32,000 nt of DNA from Schaalia odontolytica (GTDB lineage: Bacteria; Actinomycetota; Actinomycetes; Actinomycetales; Actinomycetaceae), in the NCBI RefSeq assembly GCF_005696695.1, contig NZ_CP040006.1, positions 2,160,001 to 2,192,000 of the forward strand, given 5' to 3'. Below, piece after piece: positions 23,976 to 32,000 of the stretch. The notes under the pieces are model-generated. The model was not told the origin of the DNA, made no database searches, and saw only the letters and a program-made list of their open reading frames with translations. Both the position numbers and the translations under genes were made by a program. Position 1 is the first letter of the stretch. Every line of letters begins with the position of its first letter.

Positions 23976-26900
23976 TTAGGCATCCTCACGCTCGCGGCGG
24001 CGCTTGCCCGCCAGAGCCGCGAAGCCAGCGATAGCAGCCACGGCCGCCATACCGCCCAGCACGGACGCATCCGAGCCGGTACGAGCCAGAACCTTCGCAA
24101 CCGTGGTAGCCGGAGTCGGAGCCGGGATCACCGTGAGCGGGAAGTCCACATCCAGCTTCTCCTCACCCTCACCAACCGTGACCGTCATCGAGGTCGTGGC
24201 CGCGTTAAACCCGGCAGGAACCTCAATATCGACCGTGTAGGTGCCCGGAACCAGCCCAGTGAAGCGGTAGTTACCGTTAGCGTCGGTGGTGGTACGACCC
24301 ACCTCCACGCCATTGGCGTCCTTGAGGATCACGGTCACACCAGGCACACCCGGCTCGCCGTTATCCGCACCGTTACCATCGGCGTCATTCCACACACGAT
24401 CACCGATCGTGGCGGGGGCAACCAGACCGAAGTCCACGCCCTGCACCGACGCGTCGGAGATGGTGACCGACGCCTGGGTCTCGCCCTTGCCCGTGTAGGC
24501 CTGGGTCGGAATCAGACCAGCCAGATCACCCTTGTCGGGATCCACGATCACGACGCGGTACGAGGCGGGAGCCAGACCCACAAACTGGTAGGCACCATTC
24601 TCATCCGTGGTCGCAGTCATCGGATCACCGTTCGCGTCGAGCACCGGGGTGCCATCCTCGTTCAGCAGAGCGACGGTGACGCCCTTGAAGCGCTGCTCGG
24701 AATCACTCTTGGAGTAGGAGGCGTCCGAGTCACGGTAGATCGTGCCACCCAGGTTGTATCCGCCCTTGAACGAGGCCGAGGACTCGTTGTTGGTCGGGTC
24801 ATCGCCTGCCTGATCCTGGTGAGTAATACGAGCAACGTTGGTGACCAGCTTGCCCGCGCCCTCACCGGTGATCTCAACCGTGATCGTGATCTTCTTGACA
24901 TCACCCTTGGCCAGGGTCAGGCCAGACAGATCCCACACACCAGTGGCCGAGTCGTAGGAGCCGTCACCCTGGGCCTCCACGAAGGAAACACCAGAGGGAA
25001 GCTCATCAGAGGCCTTCACGCCAGTGGCCACTCCCGGACCGTTATTGGTCAGCGTCAGCGTGTAGGTCACGCGCTGACCCGGGGTGAACTCGAAGGATTC
25101 CTGAGCCTGCTCATCCGGATCGGTGATCGCCTTCAGGATCGCAGTGTCAGCGGAGATACCGAAGCCCCAGTCCTGATCCAGGTTCGAGTTGTTCTCACCC
25201 GTCAGCGTCACCGACGTATTCAGGTTGAACGCCTGCGCCAGCTTGTCCTTATCGGCCTTCGCATCCTCAGACACAACCTTCTTGGCATCCACATCACCCG
25301 CAGGCGAATGCGTCAACACATCCAGCAGCGGCTCAGCCTTCAGAAGCGACTGCGGATCAACCGAGACCTTGTACTCGCCCGGCAGCAGGTTCTCGAACTT
25401 GTACTTACCCTCAGCATCCGTGGTGGTCTCGTACGTGCGAGTGATACCACCCGGACCCGTCCAGGTCAGCGTCACCTTCACACCCGCCAGCGGCTTGTCA
25501 CCAGCATCAGGGGCAGACCCACCATTCTGGTTGACATCCACGAACAGCTGATCACCGATGACGCCGGTACCGACCAGACCGTAATCCACGGTCGCATCGT
25601 CCTGGCCCTGGGTAAGGCTCACCGCAGCCTCGGTGCCATTAGAGTCCGCGCCACGATCATCGCCAGCATCCGACACGGTGGCCTCATAACCCGCAGGGTT
25701 CGTGAAGGTCACCTTGTAGTCGCCGGGCAGCAGGTTCTCGAACTTGTACTGTCCGTTCGCGTCGGTAGTCACGGCCGCAACCGGGTTACCCGACGCGTCC
25801 GTCACGGCAGAGCCGTCGGCGCGGGTCAGGGTCACCGTCACGCCCGGCATGGCCGGCTCGTCGGCGTCCTGGATGCCGTCACGGTTGACGTCCATCCACA
25901 CCTTGTCACCAACGGAAGCAGGCTTGACGAAACCGAAGTTCACATCGATGACCGAACCGGTCGCCTCAGCGATGGTCACGTCCGCGGTGGTCTTGTAGCG
26001 ACCGGTGTAGGCCTCGGTGGGCTTGGTGCCCGCCAGAGGACCGGACGTCGGATCAACGACGCTGACCGTGTACTCGCCCAGCGGCAGACCCACGAAGGAG
26101 TACTTACCCTCGGCGTCGGTCACAGCCGTCATCGGGTTGCCGTCCTTGTCGAGGACGGGGGTGCCGTCCTTCTTGAGGAGCGCAACCGTGACGCCCGCGT
26201 ACGGGGCCTCGGAGTCGCTGGAGCTGAACGACGCGTCGGCATCGTTGTAGAGCTTGCCAGCGATCGTGTAGCCGGCGGTCAGCGGCACGGACGAGGTGTT
26301 GTCCGGCTTCTTGTCGCCGATCTGATCCTGCTTCTCGATCGTGGCCGTGTTGGTCACAACCGAGCCGGCGGCGGAAGCGTCGATGGTGACGGTGATGCGC
26401 AGGGTGCGCGTCGCGCCCTTCTCGATCACCTCAGTGCTCAGGTCCCACTTGCCGGAGGCGGCATCGTAGGTGCCATCGCCCTGCGCGGACACGAAGGTCA
26501 CGCCCGACGGGAGCTTATCCTGCGCGATGACGCCGGTCGCGGGGCTCGGGCCCTCGTTCGTGACGGTCAGCGTGTAGGTGACGGACGTGCCGGGGGTGAA
26601 GCCACCCGCCGGAACCTCGGCCGGCTCCGCAATCGCCTTGACGATCGCCGTGTTGGCGACGCCGGTGAACGCCCAGTCCTGGTCGTTGTTCGTCATCTTG
26701 CCGGGGCTCAGCGTCACCTTGGAGGTGAGGGAGAGCTCCTGGCCCTCAGAGGCCGTCAGGTCGCCCGACGGGGCGTGGGTCTGAGCGGTGCACTCGGGGC
26801 ACACGGTGGCAAGGGAGGCCTTGTCAACAGTCACGACGTAATCGCCGGGAGCCAGGTCCTTGAACGAGTACTTGCCGTTCTCGTCCGTGACCGTGGTCAG

Positions 26901-29900
26901 CGTCTTCTCCACGCCCGCGGGGGTCGTGTAGGTCAGCTTGACGGTCACGCCGGCCAGCGGCTTGTCCGCACCCGAGGGCTCGGAACCGCCGTTGTTGTCG
27001 ACGTCCCAGAACAGGGTGTCACCAATCGTGCCGTCGGCAACCAAACCAAGGTCAACGGTCATGTCGTCCTCGCCCTGCTTCAGAACAGGCCATGTTTGCG
27101 CGCCGTCAGAATCGACGGCAGTATCATCGCCCGCATACCTCGCGGTCTCGGAGTAGCCATCCGGGATGGTAAAGGTCACTTCATAGGGGCCGGGCAGCAG
27201 GTTCGTGAACACGTACTTGCCGTTGGCGTCCGTGATCACAGGCTTGACGACATTACCGTCGGCATCAAGGACCGGGTCCATGCCCAGCGGCTGATCCAGG
27301 GTAACGGTGACGCCGGCAACGCCGACCTCATCCGCATCCTGAATGCCGTCCTTGTTCGCGTCGAACCACACGAAGTTACCCACCGACACAGGCTTGACAA
27401 AACCAAAATCGATCCTGGTCACGTTCGGCGCGGCACTCGTCAGGGTGATCGGGTCCGGCGTCACGAGCTTGCCCTTACCAATCTGGGCACTCGTCATCGA
27501 CGAGCCATACGCGAAGGTCTGCTTGTAGTCGGCCAGGTTCACGTCGGTGCCATCAACCTTCACCTCACCCGGCACGACCTCGACCTTGTACGAGCCCATC
27601 GGCAGACGGGTGAAGGTGTACTTACCGTCAGCATCGGTCTTCGTGGTGATGTCGGCGCCGGACGAATCCTTCACCGGGTTGCCGTCAGCATCGAGCAGAC
27701 GAACCGTCACACCCTCGAAAGGCTTACCGGTGCCTTCGCTGAAGAACCACCAGGCTTTCACATCGTTATAGATGGTGCCCGACAGGGTGCCACCCACCTT
27801 GAAGGTCGCGCTGTCCTTGTTGTTGTCCTTGTTGGAGTCGACCTGATCGAACTCACCCAGGGTCGCCGTGTTCGTAATGGTCGAACCCTCCGTCGAGGGC
27901 TTGACCTTCACGAGGACGTACAGCGTCTCGGTACCGCCAACGTTGAGGTTGGTGTTGAGAATGCCGGACTCCATCGCACTCCAGGTGCCGGCAGCCGGAT
28001 CGTAGGAAGCGGTGGCGTACACCGGGCCCGTGCAGGGGTACGTCGCACCATCCTGGCAGACACGCGTCTCGGAGGACACGTACTCCACGCCAGAAGGCAG
28101 AGCGTCGGCAACGTTCATGCCCGAGGCAACCGCCGGACCCTTGGCCTTCAGGTTCACCTTGTACAGCATGTAGTCACCCGGCATGATGACCTCGTCGGAC
28201 TCAACCGTCTCGATGACACCGTTAGCGTCACGAACCGGTTCATCACCGTTCATCTTCGCCCGAGCAACCGTCTTGGTGAGCTCCACATCGGAGGACACGT
28301 TAATGCCGACCTTGGGGGCCTCGTTCGGCAGCAGGTAGGACACCTTGCCGTTGAGCATGGAGCCACCGGACATAGCCACAGAGTTCCAGGCAATCAGGTT
28401 GGCGGTGACCGGGGAGGTCATGGTCGCGACGAAGCGGATCTTCTCACCCGGCTCAATGTCGCGGTTCATCACCAGGCGGAAGCCGGTGATCTGCGTCAGG
28501 TCGGCAGGAGCGTCGCCCCACGCGTTGGGGGTACAACCGGCGGGGGCGTCGTTCATGGCGCCACCCGCAGAGAGGACCTCGCCGCGGCAGGGGTTGGGAA
28601 CCGTCGAGTACTGGACCGTGATGTCCGAGGCCGGAACAGCCGTGACCTCGGGATCGCGACCCGGCTTCTCCTTCACCGACTCGAACGCCCACGCCGTGGA
28701 GTTCAGGTTCGGCTTCCAGTGGGAGCCACGGGCCTGCGAGGAGGCGGGGCCGACACCCACGTCGTTCAGGTGCGGCAGGATGTCGTAGGCCACGACCTTG
28801 GTCAGCGGGGTGTTACCCGCGTTGGAGATCGTGAAACGGTAGGCGCCGTCGGCACCCGGGTCGATCTCGGCGATCTCACCGGCCGGAACGAAGTCGGCGT
28901 TCTTGTTGCCCTTGACTTCCTTCGTGATTGCCATCGAGGGGGTCGTGGCCACGTTGAAGTCGAATGCGGCGTTACACACGTAGTCGGTGGTCGAGCCGTT
29001 CTTGTTCACGTCGAAGGTGTCGACCGCGCGGCTACCGATGCAGTAGTTCCAGTTGCGCTGGCTCTTATCCTCGGTGGTCGCCTTCGCGCCGTCGCCGGGC
29101 ATGAACGCCATGGCGTCGTTCGTGTTCTTACCAGCCGGAGCCGTGGCGAGAACGTTGACGTCGAAGGACGAGTACAGGCTGCCCTCGACCGGGTCCGGAA
29201 CGTTCCAACGGATGAGGGTGCGGCCGGTGTTGTTGTAGTTCTTCTCGATCTCCACCGTGACCTTGCTCAGGTCGTAGGGGGTGCCGTCGGGGTTCTTCAG
29301 CGTCGAGCGCTTCTCGGGAACGATCTTGGAAGCATCGTCCACGTCAAAGCCCACGGGGAGGAGGTCAACGATCGTGAACGGAGTGGGCGTGCCACCCTCG
29401 GACTTCGCCTTAGCGGTGCCGTTGATGAAGAAGTTAGCGGGCTTACCCACAACCACGGGGTTGGTGCGCACGACCTTGTAGGCCTGCACGGAGGGGAACT
29501 CGTCGCGCACGCGCATCCAGGAGCAGAGCTCGTCGCTCGACGCGACGACGGCGCCTGTGTCCTTATCAGTCAAAGTACCGCTGGCGCAGTTCTGGAAGCG
29601 CACGTAATCCGGGGAGGCCTGGTAGTCGTAGTACTTCTCCGGAGGGGACACAGGGTTGTAGTGCGAGGCGAAGTCCGCGGGCTCCTTCGTCGGCAGAGCG
29701 GGGTTGATCGTGCCGTAGAAGAAGATGGACGCGTTGGTCTGGGGCGCCACGTCGGAGTCGATCGTGAAGCGGGTGATCCACTCGCCCTCGGGCAGGGTGA
29801 GGCCACTCGTCTTCGTGTAGTTGACGGTCTCGTGGTTACCCTTGTTGGTCCAGTACTCGAGGGTCCAGCCACCGTTGTCCTCGTAGCCGGACTTGCCGAA

Positions 29901-31355
29901 AATGTTGAACTGGTAGGGGCCGACGAACGTAGGGGTGTCACAGGCTGCACCGGCGGCCTTAGCATCCTGAGAGGACCAGGTGCACGGCAGGGTATCGTCC
30001 CAGTGCGTGTGCAGCGTCGTGTTACCAGTGTTGAAGGTGCCGAAACGCCAAGGGGCCCTCATGTTGCGAACATAGTGCTGCCAGTCGCCACCGGCCTTGC
30101 TGATGCGGCCACCGACCTTACGCTCGGCGAAGCCGTGCGTGATTTCGGAGCTCTTCGTGAGGGTGGTCTTCGGGTCGTTCATGACCTCGGCGCTGATGGT
30201 TGCCTTGTTGGTGACCGTGTCATCGAGCGATACCGTACCCTCGGGGTACTTGACGGTGACGGTCGACTCGAGCGGGTTCTGCCAGAACCAGCGGTCGTAG
30301 GACCAGGTGACGGTGTGGGTCGCCGGATCGTAGACGCCACCGTCGGAGGCCGTGACGAAGACGGCCTTGGCGGGCAGCGGATCGACGACCTTGATGTTCT
30401 GGACACCAACCAAGCCGAGCGCGTTCAGGCTGTTGGACTTCATCGCGGAGCCGTTCCAGCGGATACCGACCTTGTTGGGGTTGTCCTGGTCGATCTGCTG
30501 ATAGCCGTAGCGCAGCTTGTAGGTCGCCTCACCACCAACGGCGGGGAAGTTCGCCTTGTTGGTGGGGCCGCTCTTCTCGATCGCGATGTCGGTGTCGGCG
30601 GTCCACGTGGTGGTGAGCTCGTTCTCGACCTTCTCAGCATTCTGCGCGCTGAAGGTCACCTTCTGGGTGGTCGTCGAGTTGTTCGGCGCGTCGTTGTAGT
30701 TGTAGTACCAGGAGACCTGGATACGGTCGGACGTGCCGGCGGGCAGCGGATCCTTCATCTTGAAGACGTAGCGCTGCACGCGGGTGCCGTCCGGCTTGTT
30801 CTCGGTATAGGTCGCCGTCCTGGCGACGCTGTCGCCGGTGACGGGGACGACCATGTAGCCGCGCTCGATGAGCTTCAGGCCGTCCGGCGTGATGGGGCCG
30901 GGCAGCGTCAGCTCGATTTCGGCACCCTTACAGGGGGTGGTCACCGAGGAGCAGGAGAAGTTGATCGTCGTGATCTGCTCGTCGTGAATACGCAGGGTCT
31001 CCGAGTCGTTGACGACGTTCAGAGCCAGCGTCGCGGAATCGTCCGCAACGGCGCGGGCGCGGCGCGTGCGGGGCTGATCCTCGGGGGCGACCTCGGTGGC
31101 GGGAGCCTCAGCACCAGCCTCGGCGGCGGGGGCTTCGACCCCGGCCTCGGCGGCAGGCGCGTCGGCGGTCTCAGAGTTGGACGAGGCCGTGGCAGCTTCC
31201 TGGGAGGTTGCTACGTCGGGCGATTGCGTGCTTTCGTCGGCGGCGCTGGCTCGCATGGCGAGGGGTGTCAGCGACGTGACGAGAAGCGAGAGAGCGGCCA
31301 GGCTGGCAGCACCCGCAACGCCCACACGGGCGCGGAACGGACGCAGTCGAGACAT
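23976..31355 (-). CDS. giant LAXTG-anchored surface protein (SdrD-B/Cna-B-like plus DUF11-like repeat adhesin), paralog 2
   Basis: - 2459-aa ORF with the same RBS and signal peptide as paralog 1.
- Head of about 1187 aa (nt 27795-31355).
- Stalk from aa 1188: B-B-B-DUF11-B-B-B-DUF11-B-B.
- LARTG at 24075-24089, followed by a hydrophobic segment and KRRREREDA.
- Stop is TAA, where paralog 1 uses TGA. Confidence 0.9.
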   Translation of the reverse strand: MSRLRPFRARVGVAGAASLAALSLLVTSLTPLAMRASAADESTQSPDVATSQEAATASSNSETADAPAAEAGVEAPAAEAGAEAPATEVAPEDQPRTRRARAVADDSATLALNVVNDSETLRIHDEQITTINFSCSSVTTPCKGAEIELTLPGPITPDGLKLIERGYMVVPVTGDSVARTATYTENKPDGTRVQRYVFKMKDPLPAGTSDRIQVSWYYNYNDAPNNSTTTQKVTFSAQNAEKVENELTTTWTADTDIAIEKSGPTNKANFPAVGGEATYKLRYGYQQIDQDNPNKVGIRWNGSAMKSNSLNALGLVGVQNIKVVDPLPAKAVFVTASDGGVYDPATHTVTWSYDRWFWQNPLESTVTVKYPEGTVSLDDTVTNKATISAEVMNDPKTTLTKSSEITHGFAERKVGGRISKAGGDWQHYVRNMRAPWRFGTFNTGNTTLHTHWDDTLPCTWSSQDAKAAGAACDTPTFVGPYQFNIFGKSGYEDNGGWTLEYWTNKGNHETVNYTKTSGLTLPEGEWITRFTIDSDVAPQTNASIFFYGTINPALPTKEPADFASHYNPVSPPEKYYDYQASPDYVRFQNCASGTLTDKDTGAVVASSDELCSWMRVRDEFPSVQAYKVVRTNPVVVGKPANFFINGTAKAKSEGGTPTPFTIVDLLPVGFDVDDASKIVPEKRSTLKNPDGTPYDLSKVTVEIEKNYNNTGRTLIRWNVPDPVEGSLYSSFDVNVLATAPAGKNTNDAMAFMPGDGAKATTEDKSQRNWNYCIGSRAVDTFDVNKNGSTTDYVCNAAFDFNVATTPSMAITKEVKGNKNADFVPAGEIAEIDPGADGAYRFTISNAGNTPLTKVVAYDILPHLNDVGVGPASSQARGSHWKPNLNSTAWAFESVKEKPGRDPEVTAVPASDITVQYSTVPNPCRGEVLSAGGAMNDAPAGCTPNAWGDAPADLTQITGFRLVMNRDIEPGEKIRFVATMTSPVTANLIAWNSVAMSGGSMLNGKVSYLLPNEAPKVGINVSSDVELTKTVARAKMNGDEPVRDANGVIETVESDEVIMPGDYMLYKVNLKAKGPAVASGMNVADALPSGVEYVSSETRVCQDGATYPCTGPVYATASYDPAAGTWSAMESGILNTNLNVGGTETLYVLVKVKPSTEGSTITNTATLGEFDQVDSNKDNNKDSATFKVGGTLSGTIYNDVKAWWFFSEGTGKPFEGVTVRLLDADGNPVKDSSGADITTKTDADGKYTFTRLPMGSYKVEVVPGEVKVDGTDVNLADYKQTFAYGSSMTSAQIGKGKLVTPDPITLTSAAPNVTRIDFGFVKPVSVGNFVWFDANKDGIQDADEVGVAGVTVTLDQPLGMDPVLDADGNVVKPVITDANGKYVFTNLLPGPYEVTFTIPDGYSETARYAGDDTAVDSDGAQTWPVLKQGEDDMTVDLGLVADGTIGDTLFWDVDNNGGSEPSGADKPLAGVTVKLTYTTPAGVEKTLTTVTDENGKYSFKDLAPGDYVVTVDKASLATVCPECTAQTHAPSGDLTASEGQELSLTSKVTLSPGKMTNNDQDWAFTGVANTAIVKAIAEPAEVPAGGFTPGTSVTYTLTVTNEGPSPATGVIAQDKLPSGVTFVSAQGDGTYDAASGKWDLSTEVIEKGATRTLRITVTIDASAAGSVVTNTATIEKQDQIGDKKPDNTSSVPLTAGYTIAGKLYNDADASFSSSDSEAPYAGVTVALLKKDGTPVLDKDGNPMTAVTDAEGKYSFVGLPLGEYTVSVVDPTSGPLAGTKPTEAYTGRYKTTADVTIAEATGSVIDVNFGFVKPASVGDKVWMDVNRDGIQDADEPAMPGVTVTLTRADGSAVTDASGNPVAAVTTDANGQYKFENLLPGDYKVTFTNPAGYEATVSDAGDDRGADSNGTEAAVSLTQGQDDATVDYGLVGTGVIGDQLFVDVNQNGGSAPDAGDKPLAGVKVTLTWTGPGGITRTYETTTDAEGKYKFENLLPGEYKVSVDPQSLLKAEPLLDVLTHSPAGDVDAKKVVSEDAKADKDKLAQAFNLNTSVTLTGENNSNLDQDWGFGISADTAILKAITDPDEQAQESFEFTPGQRVTYTLTLTNNGPGVATGVKASDELPSGVSFVEAQGDGSYDSATGVWDLSGLTLAKGDVKKITITVEITGEGAGKLVTNVARITHQDQAGDDPTNNESSASFKGGYNLGGTIYRDSDASYSKSDSEQRFKGVTVALLNEDGTPVLDANGDPMTATTDENGAYQFVGLAPASYRVVIVDPDKGDLAGLIPTQAYTGKGETQASVTISDASVQGVDFGLVAPATIGDRVWNDADGNGADNGEPGVPGVTVILKDANGVEVGRTTTDANGNYRFTGLVPGTYTVDIEVPAGFNAATTSMTVTVGEGEEKLDVDFPLTVIPAPTPATTVAKVLARTGSDASVLGGMAAVAAIAGFAALAGKRRREREDA

Positions 31356-31796
31356 CGACTTCTCCTTCTATCGTCAGAATGTGGACAGGACTTGCGCTCC
31401 AGCCTAGTGAAGGAGCAGACATCACCACCATGCCTAACAACTATCGCCTAAGCCACAACTACAACGGTGTATTTCGTTGAAATTTCGGGCATAACGGCAA
31501 TGTAACAACTTCTCTGAACTCTTGGTCAGTACGAACTTTTGAGCATCAACAATAGATTTTTCAACAATTGCCGGGAAAGCATTGTCGGCATCATCAAATT
31601 ATGACCACTGCAATAGGGATTAGATGATAGCCGGTCTCATATTTTAGTGACGCATCACACTCAGGTCTCACCAGTTACTTAATTACCCAGTATTCCCAAA
31701 GTGTGTGCGACGCCCCTGCACAACATGCTTCCCAAACCAACTTGCAAATTAGCTGCGCAAACACCGGATAGCTCCCCGCCCACTGGGCCAGAGAAT
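31356..31796 (-). promoter_or_regulatory. AT-rich upstream/5' UTR region of giant gene 2
   Basis: Sampled line 31561 has 26 of 60 G+C. It shares conserved blocks with 23519-23886 (31381-31390, 31405-31413, 31505-31520, 31588-31620). It is bounded on the right by the tRNA-Ser terminator. Confidence 0.55.
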
Positions 31797-31831
31797 ACGA
31801 AAACCCCCGCGCTTCTTTCGAAGCGCGGGGG
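31797..31831 (-). terminator. rho-independent terminator after tRNA-Ser
   Basis: On the minus strand: CCCCCGCGCTTC-GAAA-GAAGCGCGGGGG (31804-31831), a perfect 12-bp stem with a GAAA loop, followed by TTTTC. Confidence 0.8.
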
Positions 31832-31838
31832 TTATGCG

Positions 31839-31928
31839 CGGAGACGGCGGGATTTGAACCCGCGAGGGGCTATGCACCCCTACCTCCTTAGCAGGGAGGC
31901 GCACTCGACCGGACTATGCGACGTCTCC
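31839..31928 (-). tRNA. tRNA-Ser (anticodon GCU)
   Basis: Folded manually on the minus strand. Acceptor GGAGACG/CGTCTCC. Anticodon arm CCTCC-CTGCTAA-GGAGG. Long variable arm (GGGG..CCCC). T arm GCGGG-TTCAAAT-CCCGC. Discriminator G, CCA not encoded. 90 nt. Confidence 0.92.
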
Positions 31929-32000
31929 AGTGCCGACTACTTTAGGGCATTTTCGCCGCGAGCGCGAACGTGCACCCGCCGCGACGCCCGTGGGCGGCCG

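Noticed and set aside
23949-31451. 2500-aa ORF on the plus strand covering all of giant gene 2
   Set aside because: It has the same in-register antisense geometry and low-complexity R/G/V/L translation as the previous entry. It is a shadow of the 2459-codon minus-strand gene and not a second giant protein.

Overview
High-G+C actinobacterial chromosome, probably Actinomycetaceae-like; the taxon is an inference from gene content and LAXTG sorting signals. Most genes are on the minus strand.

The backbone follows a gene order I recall as conserved in Actinobacteria: dnaX-recR ... lysC-asd, here with an OmpR-type two-component system between recR and lysC. To the left lie a NUDIX, TetR and thioredoxin run and a GNAT gene.

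Three regions are not ordinary backbone:

1. About 3.06-8.2 kb. A decayed, lower-G+C island sits directly downstream of tRNA-Gly(CCC). It contains IS30-like and ISL3-like transposase remnants, an orphan Trp-rich 361-aa protein, and a MerR / carboxymuconolactone-decarboxylase-family / DJ-1-PfpI cassette.
2. About 7.4-8.5 kb. About 1.1 kb with no credible CDS, packed with four different families of phased direct and inverted repeats.
3. About 17.6-31.8 kb. Two tandem giant paralogous surface proteins (1951 and 2459 aa) have identical signal peptides and LARTG (LAXTG) sorting signals. Their stalks are built from SdrD-B/Cna-B-like and DUF11-like modules. Each gene carries its own copy of a conserved AT-rich upstream region and a conserved GC-rich terminator hairpin. 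The pair fills the interval between tRNA-Ser(GCU) and dnaX.

I see no CRISPR array, cas genes, reverse transcriptase, integrase or recognisable defence or toxin genes. The best candidates for something undescribed are the adhesin pair with its duplicated control regions, the repeat-dense non-coding locus, and the IS-flanked orphan gene. All functional statements come from motif recognition by eye and no searches were run.
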